Below, piece after piece: positions 34,008 through 41,646 of a DNA stretch of 41,646 bases. Source of the stretch: a bacterium (lineage in GTDB: Bacteria; Patescibacteriota; Minisyncoccia; Minisyncoccales; UBA10102); NCBI GenBank assembly GCA_030698465.1, contig JAUYJZ010000014.1, positions 1 through 41,646 of the forward strand, given 5' to 3'. Under the pieces are notes generated by a model. The model was not told the origin of the DNA, made no database searches, and worked only from the letters and a program-made list of their open reading frames with translations. The position numbers and the translations under genes are program-made. Within the stretch, counting starts at the first letter, position 1. Each line of letters begins with the position of its first letter.

Positions 34008-37000
34008 TCACGTTACCTCTTGAAACTCTTCAACTTCTTCTGCGACAAATTTCTTTATGCCTTGGTACTGATTTACCCTCCCCGCAACCAAGACAATCTT
34101 ATTCTCTTGAAATAGAGTGGGGTATTTTTCAATGACTGAAGGGAATACTACCACCTCTATCTTTGCGGTCAAATCCTCAAGGCCCAAAAAAAGCATGGGT
34201 TTTCCACTCTTGGTGATGATACGCTTGATAGAAGAGATAATGCCTCCAATACGGATTCGAGAGAAGGGCGCTCCTGCAGTTTGCCGCACTGGCTCCTGGT
34301 TCATGATTTTTGCAATAGAAAATGCTTTTTTCTCCAAAAGATTCTTTAAACTATCCAATGGATGAGAACTCACATAGAGACCTAAAAGCTCTTTTTCCCA
34401 CAAAAGTTTCTGGTTCTCATTTGTAGCTTCAGCGTCCTGTAAAGGGAGTTGTGGAGTAGATTGCTCCGCTTTTGCAAACAGAGATTGCTGGGCACCGTTT
34501 TGCACCTTAAAACTCTCTCGGGCAGCCTGCAAAAGGCGTTCCAAATTAAAGAGCAGCTTGTTTCGGTCAGCAAACACATCGAAAACTCCGGTTTTGATAA
34601 GACACTCCAGCGATTTTTTGTTTAGATTGGTGGAGCTAATACGGGAAATAAAGTCTTGCATGCTGTGATACGGGCCGGTTTTCTTTCGTTCTGTAATGAT
34701 GGCTTCCACAATACCTTCTCCCACATTTTTTATCGCTAAGAGTCCAAAGCGAATTTGATTTTTTTGAGGCACCACAGAAAAGTTGCTGAAACTCTCATTA
34801 ATATCCGGAGACAGAACCTCAATTCCCATCTTTTTTGCCTCTTCAATCAAAAAAGCAATGCGTTCTATATCGTTTCGTTCTGCGGTCAGAAGGGCGGACA
34901 TGAACTCCACAGGATAATGGGTCTTAAGCCAGGCGGTTTGATAGGCAATGGTAGCATATGCTGCAGAATGTGATTTATTGAACCCATATCTGGCAAAGGG
35001 TAAAACCCACTCCCAAATTTTATCGGCAATCCCTTTTTGAATTCCGTTATCAATCATACCTTTTACAAACTTCTCCTTTTGTTCCATTAAGAGTTCCATA
35101 ATCTTTTTCCCCACGGCTTTTCGAAGCACATCTGCTTGAGCTAAGGAAAACCCGGCCAGATCTTGCGCAATCTTCATGACCTGTTCTTGGTAAATGCAGA
35201 TTCCTTGGGTATTTTCCAGGATGGGCTTTAATTTTTCGTGAAGGTAAGAAATCTTCTTTCTCTTATGCTTTCTAGCAATGTATTCGGGAATAAGCTCCAT
35301 AGGACCTGGGCGATACAAGGCAATCATGGCAATGATATCTTCAAACTCCGTGGGCTTTAATTCTCTAAGATATCTTCGCATACCTTCTGACTCAACCTGA
35401 AATATTCCAATTGTGTTTGCATCCTGAAAGAGTTTATAGACCGCAGGGTCGTCTTGTGGGATTTGGTCAATGTCAACGTTTTTTCCATAAATGACATAGA
35501 TACGCTTTAGGGTATCCTCTATAACAGAAAGGTTTTTCAAGCCCAGAAAATCCATCTTCAAGAGCCCCAGGTCTTCAATGCTGTGCATTTCATACTGAGT
35601 CACGATGTTTTCATCGTTTTGCGTAGGATGCTGCAGGGGCACCATAGAGTTTAATGATTGGGCTGCAATCACCACCCCGCAAGCGTGCGTGGAAGCGTGC
35701 CTCGCCACTCCTTCCAGTTTTTGAGCAAGATCAATCAAGCGCTTCGCCTTTTCATCCGTGTCGTACAACTCTTTAAATTCTGCAACCTGCTCTAGGGTCT
35801 GCTGCAACGTATGGCTAAAGGGAATCATCTTTGCCACCCGGTCGCAATAGCTATATTCGTACCCTAGGGCGCGTCCCACATCTCGGATGACGGCTCTGGC
35901 AGCCATGGTTCCAAAGGTGATAATTTGGGCAACTCGGTCGTGACCATATTTTTCTGCAACATACTGAATAACCTCATCCCTCCGATAGTCGGCAAAATCC
36001 AAATCAATATCAGGAAGAGAAACCCTTTCTGGATTGAGGAATCGTTCAAAGAGCAGGTTGTACTGCAAAGGATTAATATTCGTGATTTTCAAAAGGTAAG
36101 CAACCAGAGATCCGCCCACCGAACCTCTTCCGGGTCCCACCACAATACGCTTTCCCTTTGCCCAGTTCACAAAATCTTGCACAATAAGAAAGTAAGGAGC
36201 AAACCCGGTTTGGCGAATCACACCCAACTCAAATTCTAGACGCTTTGCGGCTTCTGGGTTTTTTTGTAACTCAGGTCTCGCCTTGAGCCCTTCCAAACAG
36301 AGTTCTCGCAAATACTCATCTGCTTTCTTCCCATCTGGGAGGGGAAAGACCGGGAGACGGGTTACCCCGAGCTCCAGTTCAAAGTTACACGCTTTTGCAA
36401 TGAGTCCTGTATTTGTGACGCTTTCTGGAGCGTCCGAGAAAAGTTCTTCCATATCACGCTGACTCTTCAATGAAAAATCATCTGCGGTTAAAGTTAGGCG
36501 TTCTGGATCGTCAGGACGGGCACCGGTATTGATAAGCATTAAGATGTCTTGAGCTTCTGCATCCTCTGGTCGCAGATAATGGGAATCAGCAGTAGCCACC
36601 ACGGGAATACTCAATTTCTTTGAAAGCTCAAGTAGGCCTTGGTTCACGATTTTTTGCTCAGGGATATTGGGATGCTTTTGGAGTTCTAGATAGAAATTCT
36701 CTTTCCCGAAAATTTCCTGGTATCGCAAGGCCACTTCCTCTGCTTCCTGTTTCTTTTTTGCTCGAAGGAGTCTCGGGATTTTTCCATTCAAGCATCCTGA
36801 TAAAGCAATGAGACCTTCGGCATGCTCTTTCAAGAATGCTTCGTCCACCCGGGGTTTATAATAGAAGCCCTTGAGGTGCCCTGCAGTGAGAATCTTCACA
36901 AGATTTTTATATCCTTCCTGGTTTTTCACCAGAACAACCATATGATAAATAGTATCATCAATCTTAGGCCGCTTTTGATCCATTGATTCAAAAGCAAGGT

Positions 37001-37208
37001 AGATTTCAGATCCCAAGATGGGCTTGATACCCTTCTCTTTAGCCTTCTTGTAGAACTCTACGGCACCATATAAGTTTCCGTGGTCGGTAAGAGCAATAGA
37101 ATCCATGCCAAGCTCCTTTACCCTATCTAAAAGCTGGTCTATTTTGGGCAGACCGTCTAATAATGAGTAGTGTGAGTGCGTATGTAAATGGGTAAATTGC
37201 TGACTCAT
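34008..37208 (-). CDS. dnaE: DNA polymerase III alpha subunit
   Basis: 1066 aa. PHP domain HLHTHSHYSLLDG, polymerase core, C-terminal OB region. Confidence 0.97.
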   Translation of the reverse strand: MSQQFTHLHTHSHYSLLDGLPKIDQLLDRVKELGMDSIALTDHGNLYGAVEFYKKAKEKGIKPILGSEIYLAFESMDQKRPKIDDTIYHMVVLVKNQEGYKNLVKILTAGHLKGFYYKPRVDEAFLKEHAEGLIALSGCLNGKIPRLLRAKKKQEAEEVALRYQEIFGKENFYLELQKHPNIPEQKIVNQGLLELSKKLSIPVVATADSHYLRPEDAEAQDILMLINTGARPDDPERLTLTADDFSLKSQRDMEELFSDAPESVTNTGLIAKACNFELELGVTRLPVFPLPDGKKADEYLRELCLEGLKARPELQKNPEAAKRLEFELGVIRQTGFAPYFLIVQDFVNWAKGKRIVVGPGRGSVGGSLVAYLLKITNINPLQYNLLFERFLNPERVSLPDIDLDFADYRRDEVIQYVAEKYGHDRVAQIITFGTMAARAVIRDVGRALGYEYSYCDRVAKMIPFSHTLQQTLEQVAEFKELYDTDEKAKRLIDLAQKLEGVARHASTHACGVVIAAQSLNSMVPLQHPTQNDENIVTQYEMHSIEDLGLLKMDFLGLKNLSVIEDTLKRIYVIYGKNVDIDQIPQDDPAVYKLFQDANTIGIFQVESEGMRRYLRELKPTEFEDIIAMIALYRPGPMELIPEYIARKHKRKKISYLHEKLKPILENTQGICIYQEQVMKIAQDLAGFSLAQADVLRKAVGKKIMELLMEQKEKFVKGMIDNGIQKGIADKIWEWVLPFARYGFNKSHSAAYATIAYQTAWLKTHYPVEFMSALLTAERNDIERIAFLIEEAKKMGIEVLSPDINESFSNFSVVPQKNQIRFGLLAIKNVGEGIVEAIITERKKTGPYHSMQDFISRISSTNLNKKSLECLIKTGVFDVFADRNKLLFNLERLLQAARESFKVQNGAQQSLFAKAEQSTPQLPLQDAEATNENQKLLWEKELLGLYVSSHPLDSLKNLLEKKAFSIAKIMNQEPVRQTAGAPFSRIRIGGIISSIKRIITKSGKPMLFLGLEDLTAKIEVVVFPSVIEKYPTLFQENKIVLVAGRVNQYQGIKKFVAEEVEEFQEVT

Positions 37209-37219
37209 ATTGATGAATG

Positions 37220-37271
37220 CACGCCTGCCCCGTACCGAACCGAGGGTTCTGGTGCGGGGTGGAGATGCGTG
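37220..37271. repeat. miniature variant of the structured repeat (CCCCGTACCGAACC-GAG-GGTTCTGGTGCGGGG inside CACGC/GCGTG)
   Basis: Shares the 11-mer AACCGAGGGTT with copies 1 and 3. Its right arm is the complement of ACCCCGCAC found in brackets C and D. Confidence 0.6.
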
Positions 37272-37273
37272 AA

Positions 37274-37562
37274 CCCCCCACCACTTTTACGTGAGTTCAA
37301 TGGAGTTGCTAATTCGTTTTTTGAGCTCTGCATAGGAATTTTTGAATTGCTTCAATTTTGATTCTCTCGTGCGCGCGTCTTTCTCTGATTGATAAGCTTC
37401 ATAGTAGACCAACACAAGAGGAGTTCGATATTTTGTAGATTTGTTGAGACTTTGATTATGCTCGTTAAGACGTTTTCGGAGGTCATTGGTTGATCCTATA
37501 TACAACCTACCATCTTTCTTACTTTTCAATACATAAACATAAAACATGAAAGTGGTGGGGGG
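37274..37562. repeat. 14-bp perfect inverted repeats (CCCCCCACCACTTT / AAAGTGGTGGGGGG) exactly bracketing the GIY-YIG ORF
   Basis: Left arm 37274-37287 touches the stop codon. Right arm 37549-37562 starts 2 nt beyond the ATG. Confidence 0.8.
37287..37547 (-). CDS. small GIY-YIG (URI-domain) nuclease-family protein
   Basis: FYVYVLKSKKDGRLYIGSTNDLRKRLNEHN...ARTRESKLK is the classic GIY-YIG pattern. Confidence 0.88.
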   Translation of the reverse strand: MFYVYVLKSKKDGRLYIGSTNDLRKRLNEHNQSLNKSTKYRTPLVLVYYEAYQSEKDARTRESKLKQFKNSYAELKKRISNSIELT

Positions 37563-37598
37563 TGAATTTTCCCATGAAAGCGTAAAATTTGTAGGACA

Positions 37599-37681
37599 AA
37601 TTTTCAGTTTCCCCCGTGTCGGAAAAATCTTAAAAACCGAAGGTTTGTAAAAGAAGGGGGGTCGGGGGAGACTGTGTGACC
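37599..37681 (+). repeat. structured ~80-nt repeat, copy 2 (most diverged)
   Basis: CAGTTTCCCCCG...CGGGGGAGACTG (U-G wobble on + strand) with inner TTAAAAACC-GAA-GGTTTGTAA. Confidence 0.8.
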
Positions 37682-37740
37682 GTTTTCATTGTATAATATT
37701 CCTATGCAAAGTTCAAAGGGCATTGAAAATCTGCATTCGC

Positions 37741-37823
37741 AGATTTTGGGTTTCCCCCGTGTCGGAAATTATTCAAAACCGAGGGTTTTGAAAAGAAGGG
37801 GGGTCGGGGGAAACCCTGTGATC
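37741..37823 (+). repeat. structured ~80-nt repeat, copy 3
   Basis: GGGTTTCCCCCG...CGGGGGAAACCC (compensated outer stem). The inner hairpin is identical to copy 1. It overlaps the rnhB start region. Confidence 0.85.
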
Positions 37824-38435
37824 GTGGCTGGAGTAGACGAGGCGGGACGAGGCCCCTTGGCGGGTCCCGTGGTTGCCTGCGCCCTAGTTATCTTAACTAA
37901 GCGCGCGATGCCGAATCGAGAATCAAGAGCTTTTAAGTCTCACCCGGGAATACTCAAGGATTCAAAGCAGCTTACCCCAAAACAGAGAGAAGAATGGTAC
38001 CGCTTTTTTCTGCATAATCCTAATATTCAATGGGGGATTGGAAGGGTATCAGAGCGAGTCATTGACCGCATAAACATTTATCAAGCGACCCGTCTTGCCA
38101 TGGAACGTGCGGTCTGGAATCTTTCAAAAAAAGTTGCTCTCAATTTTCTGTTTATTGATGGAAATATGCGTATTACAACCTCTATTCCTCAAAAAGCCGT
38201 GGTGCGAGGGGATGAAAAGATTCAGCTTTGCTCAGCAGCCTCCATCGTTGCCAAGGTCACCCGAGATCATATAATGATGCGCTACCACAAGCAATATCCT
38301 CGATACGGCTTTGACAGGCACAAGGGATACGGCACGGTACTTCATCTGGCACGATTAAAAAAATACGGACCTTGTTCAATCCATCGAAAGACCTTTTCTC
38401 CCATCAATACCTTAGCCAGTCTAAGGAATCCTTAG
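37818..38435 (+). CDS. rnhB: ribonuclease HII
   Basis: AGVDEAGRGPLAGPVV catalytic N-terminus. The tracked ORF starts at 37689, but the first ~43 codons read through repeat copy 3. GTG at 37818 or 37824 are the likely starts. Confidence 0.85.
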   Translation: MIVAGVDEAGRGPLAGPVVACALVILTKRAMPNRESRAFKSHPGILKDSKQLTPKQREEWYRFFLHNPNIQWGIGRVSERVIDRINIYQATRLAMERAVWNLSKKVALNFLFIDGNMRITTSIPQKAVVRGDEKIQLCSAASIVAKVTRDHIMMRYHKQYPRYGFDRHKGYGTVLHLARLKKYGPCSIHRKTFSPINTLASLRNP

Positions 38436-38446
38436 CCTGGCTAAGG
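38410..38446 (+). other. 37-nt hairpin containing the rnhB stop codon (CCTTAGCCAGTCTAAGG-AAT-CCTTAGCCTGGCTAAGG), no U-tract
   Basis: Read directly: 16 bp with one T/C mismatch. Confidence 0.5.
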
Positions 38447-38488
38447 ATCTCTTGCAGGAGTGAGGGTTTTCTGCTAGGGTAGGATATT

Positions 38489-38776
38489 ATGGCGGTACCA
38501 AAACAGCATCGCTCCAAGAGTCGTCAAGGCCAAAGGAGAATGCATATCTATTTAAAAGGAACTTTAACGATACCTTGCCCAAAATGCGGCAAGGCGACTT
38601 TGGGGCACACAATGTGTGAAAGTTGTGGATTCTATCGCAAAAGAGAAGTCATAGATGTTCTCGGCAAATTAACCAAGAAAGAACGAAAGGCAAAAGAAAA
38701 GGAAATGGCCTCCCAGCAGGGAAGCAAGCCACGGGGGGAGCTTTCACCAGAAGAACTTTCGAGGCCCACAAGGTAA
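38489..38776 (+). CDS. rpmF: 50S ribosomal protein L32 (Zn-ribbon form with ~35-aa charged C-terminal extension)
   Basis: MAVPKQHRSKSRQGQRRMH plus CPKCG...CESCG. Confidence 0.9.
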   Translation: MAVPKQHRSKSRQGQRRMHIYLKGTLTIPCPKCGKATLGHTMCESCGFYRKREVIDVLGKLTKKERKAKEKEMASQQGSKPRGELSPEELSRPTR

Positions 38777-38782
38777 CCCTCT

Positions 38783-39208
38783 ATGGCATCCCGGCACCTA
38801 TCCCGTTCCATTGCTATGCAAACCCTATATGAGTGGGACTTTTCAGGCCAAAAAGGTGATATTTCATCTCTTGCGGAAAAGAATATTAAAGAGTTTGGCC
38901 CGGGTTTGGAAGATGTAAACAAGGACTTTATCCGAACACTGGTTACAGGAGTATTAAGACACCGCACCTCCATTGACCAGATTATCGTAAAAGCGGCCCC
39001 AGAATGGCCCTTGGACCAAATTACCATGGTGGACCGCAATGTCCTGCGTCTAGGACTCTTTGAGCTTTTATACGGCAATAAGGAAGAGGTTCCACCCAAG
39101 GTTGCCATTAACGAGGCCATTGAACTGGCAAAGAACTTTTCCGGGGAATCTTCCGGCAAGTTCGTGAACGGGGTATTGGGAACGGTATTTCGAGAATTAG
39201 AAACATAG
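38783..39208 (+). CDS. nusB: transcription antitermination factor NusB
   Basis: [13 protein letters not shown]...INEAIELAK...FVNGVL. Confidence 0.9.
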   Translation: MASRHLSRSIAMQTLYEWDFSGQKGDISSLAEKNIKEFGPGLEDVNKDFIRTLVTGVLRHRTSIDQIIVKAAPEWPLDQITMVDRNVLRLGLFELLYGNKEEVPPKVAINEAIELAKNFSGESSGKFVNGVLGTVFRELET

Positions 39209-39316
39209 GAAACGAAATGAACCCCGTACTGAAAATTAGACCGTGCTGTTTCTCGCCAAAACACATCATTTAATCCATTATGAAGTCATCAAACCAAACA
39301 CCAACAATGGTCGCAT

Positions 39317-40054
39317 ATGTCGCACGTCAAGAGAAGTCTAATTTCTAGTACCGGGATGAACGACATTGAAGAGTTTGAAAAAGAAACCGACATTGTTTTT
39401 AAAAACAAAGACCTCTTAAAGCAAGCATTCACCCATCGCTCTTATTTAAACGAGAATCCGGGCTTTGATCTCCAGCATAACGAGCGCATGGAATTTTTAG
39501 GAGACGCGGTATTAGAACTTGTGGTGACCGAGTACCTCTACGAGCAGCATCCCGACAAACCAGAAGGGGAACTGACCACCTGGAGAGCCGCCCTGGTAAA
39601 CGCCAGAATGCTGGCGATTGTGGCAAAAGATTTGCAGCTTGGAGATTATTTACTCTTGTCGAAAGGTGAAACAAGGGAAACTGGTAAGGCAAGAGACTAC
39701 ATCTTAGCTAACGCTACAGAAGCCCTTATCGGAGCTCTCTACCTTGACCAAGGGTTAAAAATATGTCACAAGGTTATTGAGCGATACATCCTAAGCAAAC
39801 TGCCAGAGATTTTAAAGGAGAAACTCTTTGAAGATGCCAAGTCCCGTTTCCAGGAGCTTGCCCAAGAAAAGACCGGTATTACTCCAAACTACCAGGTATT
39901 GGCAGAATGGGGTCCAGATCACGAAAAACACTTTAGGATGGCAGTCCTTGTGGGGAAAGACGTGATGGCAGAAGGAGAAGGAACTTCAAAACAAGAGGCA
40001 GAACAGGATGCGGCAAGAGCTGCATTAGAAAAACATGAAAAAAATTGGGGTTGA
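39317..40054 (+). CDS. rnc: ribonuclease III
   Basis: NERMEFLGDAVLELVV signature plus a C-terminal dsRBD. An alternative start is the ATG at 39356. Confidence 0.92.
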   Translation: MSHVKRSLISSTGMNDIEEFEKETDIVFKNKDLLKQAFTHRSYLNENPGFDLQHNERMEFLGDAVLELVVTEYLYEQHPDKPEGELTTWRAALVNARMLAIVAKDLQLGDYLLLSKGETRETGKARDYILANATEALIGALYLDQGLKICHKVIERYILSKLPEILKEKLFEDAKSRFQELAQEKTGITPNYQVLAEWGPDHEKHFRMAVLVGKDVMAEGEGTSKQEAEQDAARAALEKHEKNWG

Positions 40055-40075
40055 AGCAAACTGCTTTGCTTCAAC
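40050..40075 (+). other. hairpin containing the rnc stop codon (11-bp stem GTTGAAGCAAA/TTTGCTTCAAC, loop CTGC)
   Basis: Read directly. It has the same loop and flanking AA-CTGC-TT context as the rpmJ hairpin. Confidence 0.5.
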
Positions 40076-40153
40076 AGGCACTTTAGGCGAAGCTCCTGCG
40101 GAGCCGTAAAAAAGTGCCCCGGGCTCAAATTAAAATATTTATAATCTAGAACT

Positions 40154-40597
40154 ATGCTAACCATACGACTACAACGAAAAGGAAAAAAGAACCAGCCATT
40201 CTTTAAGATAATAGTGACAGAAGAGAAAAGATCCTCCACAGGAGGCCGCTTTGTAGAAGAGTTGGGATTCTACAACCCTCTCACCAAGGAAAGATCTCTG
40301 AAAGGGGATAGGGCAAAATACTGGATGTCTGTTGGAGCAAAACCCTCAGATACCGTATACAACATGCTGGTAACAGAGAGTATAATTGAAGGAAAGAAAC
40401 GCCCCCAGCACAAGAAATCCAAGAAAAAGCAGCTCATCGAGCCTGAACGGCCTGAGGCAGAAGCTGCTCCTCAGCCAAAGGCTGATCAGCCTCCGGCTGA
40501 AGCTCCTGTAGCTGAAACTCCACCTCCCATAGCTCTTAACGAACCAAAGAAAGAGACTACCGAGGGTATTGACCCTTCACCTCTCCAAGGGAGGTGA
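40154..40597 (+). CDS. rpsP: 30S ribosomal protein S16 (Pro/Ala/Glu-rich C-terminal extension)
   Basis: MLTIRLQRKGKKNQPFFKIIV... The ATG is preceded by TATAAT (40140-40145) at 8 nt. Confidence 0.95.
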   Translation: MLTIRLQRKGKKNQPFFKIIVTEEKRSSTGGRFVEELGFYNPLTKERSLKGDRAKYWMSVGAKPSDTVYNMLVTESIIEGKKRPQHKKSKKKQLIEPERPEAEAAPQPKADQPPAEAPVAETPPPIALNEPKKETTEGIDPSPLQGR

Positions 40598-40601
40598 AGG
40601 G
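40573..40601 (+). other. hairpin containing the rpsP stop codon (CCCTTCACCTC-7 nt-GAGGTGAAGGG), no U-tract
   Basis: Read directly: 11 bp perfect. Confidence 0.5.
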
Positions 40602-40630
40602 TTGACAAATCCTAAGTTCTATGCTATACT
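40602..40630 (+). promoter_or_regulatory. consensus-like promoter TTGACA-17 nt-TATACT
   Basis: Read directly. It lies 18 nt upstream of ATG 40649. Confidence 0.6.
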
Positions 40631-40648
40631 ACTACCATACAATGAAAT

Positions 40649-41008
40649 ATGGCTGTCAGTATAGGAGAGGTACTGACTTTTAAACGAAGACAATCTGAAT
40701 TAACAGGCAGCTCTCTTCATAAAGGAGGGCTGCCTGTTCGTTTAGACGAACAAGTACCTATAAGTCCTGACCGATATGGCAGGCTTGGACAGGAGATCTT
40801 TGAGATGCATAAGAATCAGATTGGGGCACGGCATGTAGCAAAGGCGCGGGGCTTAATGCCTCGCAATGGCGAAAAGATACTTTCTGACGGAAGTATCATC
40901 ACCAACACACAGATCCTGTACGACAGAGAACAGGGCATAGTGGAAGGAACCGCCAAGAACGGTACTTTCTTTCAAATTGCCGTCCCGCTCTCAGCCATAG
41001 GTCTCTAG
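40649..41008 (+). CDS. hypothetical protein (119 aa)
   Basis: The ORF lies downstream of a strong promoter and is followed by a 13-bp hairpin. No family recognised. Confidence 0.45.
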   Translation: MAVSIGEVLTFKRRQSELTGSSLHKGGLPVRLDEQVPISPDRYGRLGQEIFEMHKNQIGARHVAKARGLMPRNGEKILSDGSIITNTQILYDREQGIVEGTAKNGTFFQIAVPLSAIGL

Positions 41009-41018
41009 AGGACCAGAG

Positions 41019-41057
41019 GGGTGAGCTTGCTCAAACATCTGTCAAGCAAGCTCACCC
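41019..41057 (+). other. 13-bp hairpin (GGGTGAGCTTGCT-13 nt-AGCAAGCTCACCC) after ORF 40649-41008
   Basis: Read directly. There is no clear U-tract. Confidence 0.45.
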
Positions 41058-41114
41058 TTCCATTAAGTCCATAATACGATGCAACTTTATATCGTGGACT
41101 GAAAGGAGGAAAAA

Positions 41115-41351
41115 GTGAATAACCCCTTGTCCTTTCAAATCCTCTTGCAGCAATTGCGAGATGAGAATCCAATTACCGTGGAGATAAATCGTGGTTTTTC
41201 AAGGACTCTGTTCTATGAAAACAACAAATACTATGAGCAAACCCCCGGAGGAAGAAAGGAAATCTCTCTGGAGGAAGCTCAAGGATATCTCCGCGTCATG
41301 ATAGCTCGCTGGCGTCGAGAACAACGCCAGCGTCAAAGGGAGAAGAAGTGA
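41115..41351 (+). CDS. hypothetical protein (78 aa, Arg/Gln-rich C-terminus)
   Basis: GTG start 6 nt after an AAGGAGGA Shine-Dalgarno sequence. Confidence 0.5.
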   Translation: MNNPLSFQILLQQLRDENPITVEINRGFSRTLFYENNKYYEQTPGGRKEISLEEAQGYLRVMIARWRREQRQRQREKK

Positions 41352-41442
41352 GTTAGACTATTTCAACGACTCCTTCTTCTCCTATCTCTTAAGCTCAAAA
41401 CATTGTTGTGAGTTTAAGAGATTAAAAGTACCTTGAAAACCT

Positions 41443-41486
41443 AATCAGTACAATAACCTAACAATTGTTAGAAAATTGTACTGATT
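41443..41486. repeat. 44-nt nested palindrome (AATCAGTACAAT ... ATTGTACTGATT enclosing TAACAATTGTTA)
   Basis: Read directly: 12-bp perfect outer arms. Confidence 0.6.
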
Positions 41487-41646
41487 TTCCATGGCGGCGA
41501 AATGGACATTAGCCAGAAACACTCAGAACGAATGAAAGATTTGGAGTGAAAGACAAGTGTTAGTGTTCATCTCGCCGCTTCGGAAATAGAGTTCAGAGGT
41601 GCTCTTGCAAAAGATAGAATCTCTCCCTTGCCCGCCATAGCTTTAG

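Noticed and set aside
37689-37817. The N-terminal 43 codons of the tracked rnhB ORF as genuine coding sequence.
   Set aside because: This segment is made of a -10 box, a hairpin and repeat copy 3. RNase HII homology starts only at VAGVDEAGRG. I kept it as an open question in the findings rather than annotating it as CDS.
37599-37823. The two adjacent repeat copies as a mini CRISPR array.
   Set aside because: There are only two units. The repeats are about 80 nt with complex internal structure and are not identical. The spacer contains a promoter-like box and a hairpin. No cas genes are present, and a third copy sits 35 kb away in an operon spacer.

Overview
This is a gene-dense stretch of a small bacterial chromosome. 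It is almost all housekeeping genes, and I infer from gene content and protein architecture that it comes from a Candidate Phyla Radiation / Patescibacteria-like organism. Gene order: membrane protein, then infA-rpmJ-rpsM-rpsK-rpsD-rpoA-rplQ-rplM-rpsI. Next come a PEGA protein (-) and a Nudix hydrolase. A translationally coupled block follows: murA-mreB-holB-frr-rseP-proS-mreB. Then gatC-gatA and a small islet holding a hypothetical gene, an HTH-LAGLIDADG gene (-), tRNA-Met, tRNA-Asp and a GIY-YIG gene. After that: a pyrE-like PRTase, pyrB, single-chain pheS, gyrB, secE-nusG-rplK, a dTMP block (dcd, thyA(-), DHFR-family, second dcd/dut-fold gene, unknown protein), and gatB. A minus-strand run follows (miaA, membrane protein, thrS, dnaE, GIY-YIG), then rnhB, rpmF, nusB, rnc, rpsP and two small unknown ORFs. 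I saw no CRISPR array, rRNA, transposase or recognisable defence system. The unusual signals are in the non-coding DNA and in protein architecture. (1) A roughly 80-nt structured repeat occurs in three full copies plus one miniature copy. It shows compensatory stem changes and sits directly 5' of rpsD and rnhB, clustered around a GIY-YIG gene. (2) A class of perfect 12-19 bp long-range inverted repeats with C-run/G-run clamps brackets whole intergenic spacers, running from a stop codon to just before the next start. One is a 132-nt three-way-junction fold next to miaA. (3) A GIY-YIG ORF is bracketed exactly by 14-bp perfect inverted repeats. (4) The PheRS is a mitochondrial-type (FARS2-like) single chain. 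(5) RpoA lacks the alpha-CTD and carries a Lys-rich tail instead. (6) S4 is truncated at the N-terminus. (7) MurA has Asp at the fosfomycin-target Cys position. (8) Many -10 boxes lie 6-8 nt from start codons, suggesting leaderless mRNAs. Coordinates of features not in the ORF track were counted by hand and may be off by 1-2 nt.
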